Below, one piece after another: positions 18,588-27,413 of a DNA stretch of 64,000 nt. The translations under genes and the position numbers were made by a program. The stretch lies in the IMG/VR virus record IMGVR_UViG_3300028048_000068, positions 64,001-128,000 of that record, one strand, 5' to 3'. The number at the start of each line of letters is the position of its first letter. Position 1 is the first letter of the stretch. This stretch comes from a virus (Duplodnaviria > Caudoviricetes). Under the pieces are notes generated by a model. That model saw nothing but the letters and a program-made list of their open reading frames with translations. It was not told the origin of the DNA and made no database searches.

Positions 18588-20354
18588 TTAAAACCCCAAT
18601 GTTCCATCTTCAATTTGATAATTACTTATAAAAATTTGTGGAGTATAATTCCCCATCCACTCATTTAAATTTGCTCTACCAACGACTTCTAATTTTACAT
18701 CGCCATCATACTTTTCCAATTCTTCAATAAATTCTTTCGCATGAAACTTCATATAAGCAATCCCAAACTTGGTAATTTTAACTGTATCTTGGTTCTTGCC
18801 CATAATCTGTATATCACGCTTTGTTATATTAATGTCTTTAATATGAATTAAAGGCTCATTATTTTGCTGACCCCAAATATCTTCATGGCTTGCGATATCT
18901 ACAATTAAATCTTCAATATCTGTATCTGCAGCGATTCTTTCGAAGTTCACTTCATACCATGACTCACCAAAATCTACATTTTCAAGTTCTTTATTTGCAT
19001 ATTCATGGAAAGCCGCTAAATTCTTATCTAAAATACCTATGCCGCACGCATTATCATGGCCCGCAGTAAAGGTGAAATAACCACTATTATCCATGAAGTT
19101 CTTAAAAGATGTAAGTTCCGATTCATTTAAACCCCTGCTTGACCCTTTAATTTCGCCCTCATCATTAAGACGTGCCACTATGGTTGGCTTCTTATACTTC
19201 GCGCTCAACTTCATAGCAACAAGTCCATTTAACTCCGGTGGAAATTGGTCATCTTCTTCCAACCTAACAAATAATACTTTATTCGAAAGTAAATCGTGTT
19301 TTGCAATTTTAATTTCAAGTTCTTCAACTGCCTTATCGAGTATGCGATTCTGCTTCGCACGCGCATTTGTACACTCGCGCGCAGATTCAATTGCGACTTC
19401 TTCGTAGGTTCCCTTTGCACCACGCTTATGAGATTCTACCATTGCATGACCGTCGATAAAGGCTTGAAAACAGCGTTGTTTTTCGTCTTCTGCGCCAGCT
19501 CTAATCATCGCATTGATAAGTGGAGTTATATAGAAGGCTACGCTAATTGGATTGACTTTGCCGCCCATTGAGAAGGATTGTTTTTCGCATAATGCTTTAA
19601 AGAAATAATTTTTGATATTAGCAAGTCCTGTGTGTACGATATATCTATTCTCAAGCGATAACATCGACATCATATCACTTATCAAACCAAGTGCAGCCAG
19701 GTCGATAAATTCATCTGCATAAGAAGTGCCTTCACACCTATCTACATATCTACAAAACTGCCATGTTACACCCGCGCCGCATAAATCTTTATTTTTATAG
19801 TCATCAGACAACTGATTATTAACGATAACAGCATGCGATGAGAATTTAGTATCTGGCTCTACTATATGGTGGTCTAGAATAAGAAATTGCGGTATTATTT
19901 CATCCTTCTCTCTTGAAGATACTATTTTTTCCATATATTCATAATCATTACTTCCTGCATCTGGAAGCACTACGTAAGAAGGATAAGTATTAGCTACTTC
20001 TTCATATGTATCTGAAAGACCATGACCTTTTGCATTATGAAGAATTGGTACTATATTTACTTCTTGATTGAATTTACGTAGATATTGTATGAATATGGCG
20101 GCCGAGGTAAATCCATCTACATCACTATCTACGACGACTGTAATTGTTTCGTCTTTTGAAGCAACTGTCATATTTTTAAACATTGCCCATGCGCGGTCTA
20201 TATTAGTGAGCCATTTTGGATTTTGCAGATAGTCATCGTTTGGTACTTCAAGGAAGTATTTAATTTCGTCTTCGCTTAACCCGCGCTCTTTAAGTAACTC
20301 AATTGTATAGTTGTTTCTTATGTCTTTATTTACAAGTTTAGTCTTCATTCGCAT
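18588..20354 (-). CDS. recJ: RecJ-like ssDNA exonuclease (DHH family)
   Basis: DSDVDG, DHH, LCGAGV, DLAALG, GSSRG and GHDNACG. Confidence 0.9.
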   Translation of the reverse strand: MRMKTKLVNKDIRNNYTIELLKERGLSEDEIKYFLEVPNDDYLQNPKWLTNIDRAWAMFKNMTVASKDETITVVVDSDVDGFTSAAIFIQYLRKFNQEVNIVPILHNAKGHGLSDTYEEVANTYPSYVVLPDAGSNDYEYMEKIVSSREKDEIIPQFLILDHHIVEPDTKFSSHAVIVNNQLSDDYKNKDLCGAGVTWQFCRYVDRCEGTSYADEFIDLAALGLISDMMSMLSLENRYIVHTGLANIKNYFFKALCEKQSFSMGGKVNPISVAFYITPLINAMIRAGAEDEKQRCFQAFIDGHAMVESHKRGAKGTYEEVAIESARECTNARAKQNRILDKAVEELEIKIAKHDLLSNKVLFVRLEEDDQFPPELNGLVAMKLSAKYKKPTIVARLNDEGEIKGSSRGLNESELTSFKNFMDNSGYFTFTAGHDNACGIGILDKNLAAFHEYANKELENVDFGESWYEVNFERIAADTDIEDLIVDIASHEDIWGQQNNEPLIHIKDINITKRDIQIMGKNQDTVKITKFGIAYMKFHAKEFIEELEKYDGDVKLEVVGRANLNEWMGNYTPQIFISNYQIEDGTLGF

Positions 20355-20550
20355 CTCCTACGTATTGTTTACATTTATTCATCAATAATCCAGACCACAC
20401 TAGTCCTTGTATGAAACCTTGTTTAAATTCTGGATTAGTATATGACATACTAGCTAAAATTTCTTCATATTTTTTTGACCCAATAAAGTCTAAAATGTAA
20501 GAAGCATATTCTGTTGTTTTAATATAATTGCACATCTTCATTAAAACCAA
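20338..20550 (-). CDS. Small hypothetical protein
   Basis: 70 aa, coupled ORF. Confidence 0.5.
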   Translation of the reverse strand: MVLMKMCNYIKTTEYASYILDFIGSKKYEEILASMSYTNPEFKQGFIQGLVWSGLLMNKCKQYVGDANED

Positions 20551-20747
20551 ATCTCCTTATTCATATCGTGTTCTTCCTCATCTGCATTATTAATTATATC
20601 TATTAGTACAGATAAATGTTTAAGAATAGTTCCTGCTGAACATGCACTTGAAGAATCATCAATAGATTTTATCATATGTCCTAAATTATATTGGATAAGA
20701 CTAACTATATTTATTAATTGTTCTCTTTCTTTATTTGTTATCTTCAT
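20541..20747 (-). CDS. Small hypothetical protein
   Basis: 68 aa with GAGG RBS. Confidence 0.55.
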   Translation of the reverse strand: MKITNKEREQLINIVSLIQYNLGHMIKSIDDSSSACSAGTILKHLSVLIDIINNADEEEHDMNKEIWF

Positions 20748-20762
20748 TTTATTACCTCATAT

Positions 20763-21068
20763 TTAAATTATTCCTATTTTACGTGCATGTCTTACGTCAA
20801 ATTTTAAATGATTTTTTGTTTGTATAATGTAATCGGCATTGTCTATTAAATAAGCCACTATTTTAAAATTATTATTTAATAATACATCGCATCCAATACG
20901 CGTATGGAAATAATTTAACAAATCATTAATAGAACCACAGCAACTTAATAAATAACTTTCTTTATAACATTCTTCTATTGTTTTTGTGCTAAGAATGGAT
21001 GATTTTCCATCTCTTGTAAACCATGGACCATTTCCTTGTTCATCTTCAAATCTATATACTTCTATCAT
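20763..21068 (-). CDS. Hypothetical protein
   Basis: 101 aa, ATGA overlap with the primase stop, VYRFED..GNGP start. Confidence 0.6.
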   Translation of the reverse strand: MIEVYRFEDEQGNGPWFTRDGKSSILSTKTIEECYKESYLLSCCGSINDLLNYFHTRIGCDVLLNNNFKIVAYLIDNADYIIQTKNHLKFDVRHARKIGII

Positions 21069-22117
21069 TTTACTCTTACTCTCCTTCTATAAAGCTTCCA
21101 AAAGATTTCACTTCCTTTATCCGTCGGTGAATCTTTCATATCTAACAAGTTTTCTCTATCGTATATAAATGAAAAGTCACAATAGTTCTGATATTTCTTT
21201 CCTATTTGCCACAGCTTATTAAAATAGTCTTCACTACCAAGCAACTCCTCTTTATCAAAACAAATTACGACTTCGCGCGGGTGTGCGGTTTGCATCAACA
21301 GTTTTAAAGCGTGTTTATTAAACTGACTTCCGCATACTGCGGTCGAGCAGTTCGCAAAATCCCACCCCTCCATTTGGAGTACAGATTTTTCTGCCTCTAC
21401 CAAGAAACACGTACCCGTTCGCTTTATGTTGTCTTTAGTCCAGTTCAATCCATACAGATTCAACGACAATGGATGACTATACCATTTACCTTCAATTTGT
21501 ACAGGCATATACTTACCCACATTCTCAATTTCCCATTCGTTGAGTGCGCGCCCTCGTATTCCAACAAGTTCACCTTTTGGATTATAATGTGGTATTATAA
21601 TCTTATTTTGTGGTACTGAATAACGTATATTAAATTTTTCCATACTCGTTTTAGTAATACCATCGTTTAACCACTCCGGAGGATAAAACTTTGTAAATAC
21701 ATCAATTATTCCATTCGGATATGTCGGAAGCTCTATACGCTCGGGCGCAGCGTACGTATCTCGTATACGCTGATACCTCTTCGGCGCAAAGCCGTCTGGC
21801 CTACGATAATTACTACAATCAAGAATTACCTTATATATATCTTGATACCAATCGTAATCATATCCTCTACACTCATAATAATGTTTAAGAAATTTAAAGA
21901 TTGACATATTACCACACTCTGTATAGCATACAAAGAGGTGATTATTTTCATAATAATATAATTTCATAGATGCTTCATCGGCATCTTCATTATGACAAAT
22001 AGTTGGAAAGATTACATATCCTGGTTTTTCAATATAATTATCTGCACCAAGTGTTTCCATTAATTGAATTACTTTTTGTGTATCTAATTGCTCAACTATA
22101 CCTTTATAATCAATCAA
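21065..22117 (-). CDS. DNA primase (DnaG-like)
   Basis: Zn finger (ICHN...CYTEC), IIIPH...GIRGR, LYGLN and a TOPRIM-like VEAEKS...FDKE. Confidence 0.85.
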   Translation of the reverse strand: MIDYKGIVEQLDTQKVIQLMETLGADNYIEKPGYVIFPTICHNEDADEASMKLYYYENNHLFVCYTECGNMSIFKFLKHYYECRGYDYDWYQDIYKVILDCSNYRRPDGFAPKRYQRIRDTYAAPERIELPTYPNGIIDVFTKFYPPEWLNDGITKTSMEKFNIRYSVPQNKIIIPHYNPKGELVGIRGRALNEWEIENVGKYMPVQIEGKWYSHPLSLNLYGLNWTKDNIKRTGTCFLVEAEKSVLQMEGWDFANCSTAVCGSQFNKHALKLLMQTAHPREVVICFDKEELLGSEDYFNKLWQIGKKYQNYCDFSFIYDRENLLDMKDSPTDKGSEIFWKLYRRRVRVK

Positions 22118-23681
22118 TTACTTCACCTTGATTTAACCTTTCTACTATTACCTTAAAATGTTCATCTTCAGAATCTTCCCAACTTTTAATATTATAATCA
22201 GTTCTTGTATAGAAGTCTTCAACTGGGTCCATTCGTGAATCTGTAATAAATAAATCTCTTTTCTTTAAAGTTCCCAAATTCATATCAGACCAAATTCTTA
22301 CCTGCGTCCATTCACCACTTCTGACTTTAAAAATATCAGTTACTAAGTTCGGTTTATTCTCTGGATGATTTTCATACAGCGGCGCGAGAACCTCTAATTC
22401 TTCCTTTGTTGGTCTTGCCATAATCGCACCATTATCAGCTTTATTAATTGTACTGCGGCCGCCCGCTAATGAACCTTCATTTCTTATATCTTTATTGTCA
22501 TCACCTTTTGCATTAAGCTGGGTTGACGTAAACATAGCCACATCCAACTCAACAGCTAAATCTTTTAGCGCCGTTGCAAACATCAACAATACCTCATCGT
22601 TTCTTAACGCAAAACCTTTAAATTCATTTAACAATGATGGTCCAATAAATATATAGTCATAAAATACATAACCTATATCATATACAATACAATTTTCTCT
22701 CACAATTGTTTTAACTGACTCAATTGTTGGATTCGGCATTTTAACAAGAATTAAATTATTATATTTTTCCATCAGTGCAATTGCTTGTGTTATTACTCCA
22801 CGCTCTCTATCAGAAAAATCTGCATATTTAAATCTTGTTGCATTTATATCTGTTAAGTAAGCCAAAATCATTGTTCTGACTTCTTTAAATCTTTGCTCTG
22901 TTACAATAAATAAAACCTTTTCACAATTTCCAACCTGTTCCCATTCACAAGTCGTACTATTATATCTAATCGGATAAGCCAAATAACACGCATCAGCTAC
23001 CGCATTTCTTGTCTTACCTACACCAGATGCGGCCGACCTAATTGTTAAAGTTCCTTTCTTTGCTCCATCAATAACTTGGTTAAAAATTTCTCCCTGTATC
23101 GGCATACCAATTTCATACGCCGCGCCAAGTTCATCGACTAATGTGTTCATTCCTTGAGCTGCAGATTCAACTTCTATTTCATCAGTTGTTTCATATTTGG
23201 CTTCAACACCTAATAATTTTTTTCTAACTGCATCAGTTATCAGTTTCGGACTTAACATATTAAAAGCCTGGTTAATTTCTTCGGCTTTTGGATTTAATAA
23301 ATCTTCGCAATAAAATTCGCTTGTATCAAAACCCTGCTTTTTTAAGTCCTTAAGTAAATTAAACATCTTAAAACGATTATAATAGAAGTCAAAATTATCA
23401 ACTTCTGATAACTCTATTATATCTTGCAGATATTCAATTCCATTTTTGTCTTTAAATAATTTTGCCGATACTTGGTCTGGTTCTATAAAATTTTCTATAT
23501 CTATAGGTTGTATTTTTGTTGCTCCGTTTCTATACAACCCATTAATTGCCATAAAAATTGACCGCTCGAATCTTGAAGGAAAATCAGTTAGAATGAATGA
23601 ATATTTATCTATTTCACTCAATAACTGCGGTTTCTTCATCAAACAGCCGAGTATCTGTTGAGTATCTCGTTTATCTATCAT
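22110..23681 (-). CDS. Replicative DnaB-like helicase
   Basis: Walker A AASGVGKT, FYDYI and STQLN, adjacent to the primase. Confidence 0.85.
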   Translation of the reverse strand: MIDKRDTQQILGCLMKKPQLLSEIDKYSFILTDFPSRFERSIFMAINGLYRNGATKIQPIDIENFIEPDQVSAKLFKDKNGIEYLQDIIELSEVDNFDFYYNRFKMFNLLKDLKKQGFDTSEFYCEDLLNPKAEEINQAFNMLSPKLITDAVRKKLLGVEAKYETTDEIEVESAAQGMNTLVDELGAAYEIGMPIQGEIFNQVIDGAKKGTLTIRSAASGVGKTRNAVADACYLAYPIRYNSTTCEWEQVGNCEKVLFIVTEQRFKEVRTMILAYLTDINATRFKYADFSDRERGVITQAIALMEKYNNLILVKMPNPTIESVKTIVRENCIVYDIGYVFYDYIFIGPSLLNEFKGFALRNDEVLLMFATALKDLAVELDVAMFTSTQLNAKGDDNKDIRNEGSLAGGRSTINKADNGAIMARPTKEELEVLAPLYENHPENKPNLVTDIFKVRSGEWTQVRIWSDMNLGTLKKRDLFITDSRMDPVEDFYTRTDYNIKSWEDSEDEHFKVIVERLNQGEVID

Positions 23682-23896
23682 TTTCTAACTTTACCCTCTT
23701 TATAAAATTCTATATTAAACCACAGCCACATAAATTGACATGAATATGTAATACCACCATTTTTGAGTTGACTAATTTCAATGGTCGGAAGAAGATAAAT
23801 AGATTTATAATAGGTTTTCCAACTAATACCACGTCTTCTATTACGAAAAATCATATTATTCCTCGTCCTCCAAATCATCCAACACACTAAAATCAA
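23678..23896 (-). CDS. Small hypothetical protein (start probably near 23854)
   Basis: ATGA overlap with the helicase start. Confidence 0.45.
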   Translation of the reverse strand: MILVCWMIWRTRNNMIFRNRRRGISWKTYYKSIYLLPTIEISQLKNGGITYSCQFMWLWFNIEFYKEGKVRK

Positions 23897-24371
23897 CCTG
23901 ATGTTTCGTTTTAGGTTTTTTAGTTACACTAACTTTAGTTCTTTCTGCAGCTGCGCGCATCTGACGTTCAATCTCTGCGATTGTTCCAGCAGACTGACGT
24001 TCTCGCGCGGCCCAGTACGCACAAGCATCACTGTATATAAAAGGAACTATACCAATTCCGCCATGTCCTTTTTCCCAATCACCGTGCTTTATCTCATAAA
24101 AATATTTCAATGCAAATAAGATGCCCTTATTGGTCATCTTCTCTTTTAAAAACTTTTTACGCTGTGCTTCACACACCCAATAATCATACGCAGCTTTGAG
24201 GTCGCGCGCGATAAAGTCATAAATTAAATCTACATAATCTTCATCATTGTCGGGTTGTGCTTTCTTCCAATTCTTATAACACTGCCTATGGTAATAGTAA
24301 TTACGCGACGGCATAATCCAATCATCTTTTTCTTTGTCTATTTCAATATTACAAATCCTACATTTTGCCAT
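23856..24371 (-). CDS. Hypothetical Zn-finger protein, first gene of the helicase-primase operon
   Basis: CRIC...YYHRQC, with RBS and promoter upstream. Confidence 0.7.
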   Translation of the reverse strand: MAKCRICNIEIDKEKDDWIMPSRNYYYHRQCYKNWKKAQPDNDEDYVDLIYDFIARDLKAAYDYWVCEAQRKKFLKEKMTNKGILFALKYFYEIKHGDWEKGHGGIGIVPFIYSDACAYWAARERQSAGTIAEIERQMRAAAERTKVSVTKKPKTKHQVDFSVLDDLEDEE

Positions 24372-24397
24372 ATCAAAACTCCTTTCTTCTTTATTAT

Positions 24398-24426
24398 ATT
24401 ATAACACAAAAATGAAAATAAGTCAA
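24398..24426 (-). promoter_or_regulatory. Sigma-A promoter
   Basis: TTGACT-17-TATAAT with TG extension. Confidence 0.8.
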
Positions 24427-24430
24427 ATTT

Positions 24431-24457
24431 AAAAAGAGTAGGCTTAACCTACTCTTT
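24431..24457 (-). terminator. Intrinsic terminator
   Basis: AAAGAGTAGG-TTAAG-CCTACTCTTTTT on the minus strand. Confidence 0.8.
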
Positions 24458-24462
24458 CTAAT

Positions 24463-25431
24463 TTATTTAACCATATCTCTCATTTCAAGTAATACTAAGA
24501 AGAAAGGCTCTTTTTGGTCTTCGGTTATCTCTGATAACTTAAGTTTTCTACCAAAAATCATTTCAACTTTCTTTAAAACACGCTCTGCATTAGCCGGATC
24601 GGCGTTAACTAATTTTGCCCAAATCTGTTGGGCCTCATCACGTATCTCAGTGAAGCTAAGTTCTTCTTCTACTTTCTTTTCGAGCTTGTCTACTACTGTC
24701 GCGCCATCAAGGTCTCTCTGTTTATCAATAGCCTCATTAATTGCTTCAACAAGTTCATCATAACCAAGCTTAATCTTTGGCGCAAGATACGGGAATCGAC
24801 TGCCCGCCATAACGGTTGGAGTCTGTCTAGTATACAGCCACCTATGGCTATTACCATCTTCATCCCATTCAGTAGCAATATAACCAATAATATCTACTAT
24901 TTGATTTACTACTTCATAGCAACGCTTTGGCATCGACGGAGCAAGAATTTCAATCTCACTATCATCAGCAGTCTTTTCTTTTCTTGTCTCAATATGAGAG
25001 ATAAGAACTAGACCATAGCCAAGCATTGTTATTTTTCTTAAACAAGTTTCAAACTCTTTTTTAGCCAGAGTCCAACCCTGACCCCAAGGAATATCACGAA
25101 TTGACTGAACTCCATTCTGGCTGCATACAAACTGTTCACACATTTCATACGCAATAGTAGTTGTATCAATTGTAATCGTATCATACATAGCCTGAGCTTC
25201 TGGTTTCTCTAATTGCCTTAAAACCTGACGAAATTCTGACCACTTATTAATATCAACGGCCTTAATTCCATCAATGGCATTATAGCCTTTCTCAAAAGCA
25301 ATTAAAAGATTTTTAGGAAACCGGGAAGCCATAGTAGTCTTCCCGGTTTTAGGCTTACCATATAAAAGTAAATACTTACCTTTTAAATCTCTAGAAATAA
25401 CCGTAGGCTCAATGGATAAAATATCAATCAT
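24463..25431 (-). CDS. AAA_24/Sak4-like P-loop ATPase (recombination)
   Basis: YGKPKTGKTT, TITIDT, LVLISH and AGSR. Confidence 0.8.
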   Translation of the reverse strand: MIDILSIEPTVISRDLKGKYLLLYGKPKTGKTTMASRFPKNLLIAFEKGYNAIDGIKAVDINKWSEFRQVLRQLEKPEAQAMYDTITIDTTTIAYEMCEQFVCSQNGVQSIRDIPWGQGWTLAKKEFETCLRKITMLGYGLVLISHIETRKEKTADDSEIEILAPSMPKRCYEVVNQIVDIIGYIATEWDEDGNSHRWLYTRQTPTVMAGSRFPYLAPKIKLGYDELVEAINEAIDKQRDLDGATVVDKLEKKVEEELSFTEIRDEAQQIWAKLVNADPANAERVLKKVEMIFGRKLKLSEITEDQKEPFFLVLLEMRDMVK

Positions 25432-25446
25432 TGAAGCCCACCTCCA

Positions 25447-26364
25447 TTAAAATCCAAGGTCAGCGAATCCATTCTTTGGAGACTGCTGCGGTGCCTGTCT
25501 TGTAGCAGCTCTGGACATATCTCTGTCCTTCTGCTTCTCAAGTCTAATCTTTCTTTCTGCAAGAGCGTTCTGAATCTCTGCATTATCGAAAGCATAATCA
25601 CCCTCAAGTGGCTCCTGCGAACCGCCAGTGATGATAAGGTCACTTCTATTAATGGTTCTTGTCTTCTCAATTGGCTCACCAAAGTCAACTTCCTCGATAA
25701 TTGTCTCAGTTGTTGCAGAGAAATCAAGTCTACCGTTTGCCTTAACAGTATTACCAACTTCCCAATAAGTAGATACTGCGCTGATTACGCCCTCACTCTG
25801 TGCGAACATAGGAACGACATCGACCTTTCCACCATACTGTGGAATAATTGCGTCAATTCTATATCTACCTGTAGCCTCTCCATTTCTATCAATCTCTTCA
25901 CTCTTGTTAGCAACTACAAACTCTGCTGTATAAGTTGCCTCTGGCTTGCACTCAGCCTTGGAAATACGATTGACAAACGAAGCATTAATTCTTGGGAAGG
26001 AAATAAGTCTACCGTCTGCACTATAATACTCGTTCATACGAATACTTGCATTAGTAATACGAACTCTATCTGCGCCATCTTCACCATTGTCAGATGCTGC
26101 GATACTTACATACTCGTCAGCAATTTTCTTAATTGACTCATATGCTGGGTTCGGTGTACCCTTATTTGTCAGCTTCGAAGCAAACATGTGAACCGGAATA
26201 GCCAGTTCCTTTTCTTCTCCACTAATCTTCTGAGTAACCTTAACTGTAATCGAACCGCCAATAGATTCTACTGTCTGTCCATTCTTATTAAATGAACCTG
26301 GCTTAATATCAATTTCAGCGAGAATTCCTTCTATCTTTGCCCTGTTTTCTGCTTGTCTTAACAT
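25447..26364 (-). CDS. Putative ssDNA-binding protein (tandem OB-fold-like)
   Basis: Beta-rich, next to the Sak4-like gene, C-terminal FADLGF tail. The function is inferred from context. Confidence 0.5.
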   Translation of the reverse strand: MLRQAENRAKIEGILAEIDIKPGSFNKNGQTVESIGGSITVKVTQKISGEEKELAIPVHMFASKLTNKGTPNPAYESIKKIADEYVSIAASDNGEDGADRVRITNASIRMNEYYSADGRLISFPRINASFVNRISKAECKPEATYTAEFVVANKSEEIDRNGEATGRYRIDAIIPQYGGKVDVVPMFAQSEGVISAVSTYWEVGNTVKANGRLDFSATTETIIEEVDFGEPIEKTRTINRSDLIITGGSQEPLEGDYAFDNAEIQNALAERKIRLEKQKDRDMSRAATRQAPQQSPKNGFADLGF

Positions 26365-26987
26365 TTATAATCTCCTAATTTCATATAAGTATAATCTTTA
26401 TTTAAGTTCTGTTTATTATTACATATCCTCGAAATTGAGGCAACCGAACAATTTTCATGTTCTGCTGCCTCGGTCATAGAAGAAAATTCTTGTAAAATAT
26501 GATTAGTTTTTATATCAATTTTTACAACTGCTTTCTTGCTATTACCATATTTACCTTTTTGTCTTTGTTGTGGCGTAAGGTCAAAATTTTTTAAGGCTCT
26601 TGTAATAGTATGTTTTTCACATCCTAATTTTTGAGCTATCTCTTTTTGATTCATACCGGACAAAAATAATGAATAAATAATGTCATAATCATATTTTAAA
26701 TTACCCTCTCCACCTTGGGTTTCATTATATCCATTATAATATGAATTATAATATTTAATCCAATATATTTCTCTTTCAGACACTTCCTCAAGTGAACAGG
26801 TTTCAATTTCAGTAATTTTAAAATGATTAATACCATATTTACGCATTGCTCGATGAATGGCATAATTACTATGTTGTGTAAAAGCTTCTGATATATGTTT
26901 ATTATATCTATCGCTAATAGTGGATACTGTTTTACCAACATATACATTATTATTTATATCATTAGAAATAAGATAAATGTATGCCAT
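26358..26987 (-). CDS. Free-standing GIY-YIG homing endonuclease
   Basis: YIYLISN...VYVGKT, REIYWIKYYNS and an HTH. Confidence 0.88.
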   Translation of the reverse strand: MAYIYLISNDINNNVYVGKTVSTISDRYNKHISEAFTQHSNYAIHRAMRKYGINHFKITEIETCSLEEVSEREIYWIKYYNSYYNGYNETQGGEGNLKYDYDIIYSLFLSGMNQKEIAQKLGCEKHTITRALKNFDLTPQQRQKGKYGNSKKAVVKIDIKTNHILQEFSSMTEAAEHENCSVASISRICNNKQNLNKDYTYMKLGDYKC

Positions 26988-27012
26988 ATGCCACCTCTTA
27001 AGAAATAATAAT

Positions 27013-27033
27013 GGAGGGTTTATTCAACCCTCC
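27013..27033. other. Intergenic hairpin (terminator-like or processing site)
   Basis: GGAGGGTT-TATTC-AACCCTCC. Confidence 0.55.
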
Positions 27034-27040
27034 TATTTAA

Positions 27041-27292
27041 TTACTCCTCGTCTTCGCTTGGAACAAATACCTTGCCCTCATCTGTCAGTGCTACATAAGT
27101 AATCGGCTTATCAGCGCCCTCAACCTCAACCTTCTCTCTCATAGCGAGGCCCTTCTTTGTGAGGTCTGTTACGTTAGCTCCTACCGAACGCTCTGTTCTA
27201 TCAAGAGCATTTGCCAGCTCAGGAATCGAAACCTTTCCACCATTGTTCTTTACATACTCGAATACTTCATTTGACTTTTCTGTAAGCTTCAT
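27041..27292 (-). CDS. Winged-helix DNA-binding protein
   Basis: SIPELANALDRTERSVGANVTDLTKKGL...YVALTDEG. Confidence 0.75.
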   Translation of the reverse strand: MKLTEKSNEVFEYVKNNGGKVSIPELANALDRTERSVGANVTDLTKKGLAMREKVEVEGADKPITYVALTDEGKVFVPSEDEE

Positions 27293-27368
27293 AATTTTAA
27301 AATCTCCTTGTTTAAATAAATTAATAAATGTGTTTTTCTCTGAAAGTTTCTCTCAACTTTCTATAAAT

Positions 27369-27397
27369 ATTATACTAAATTTTTGAATTAAACTCAA
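27369..27397 (-). promoter_or_regulatory. Sigma-A promoter
   Basis: TTGAGT-17-TATAAT. Confidence 0.7.
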
Positions 27398-27413
27398 ATT
27401 TTGATTTCTCTAC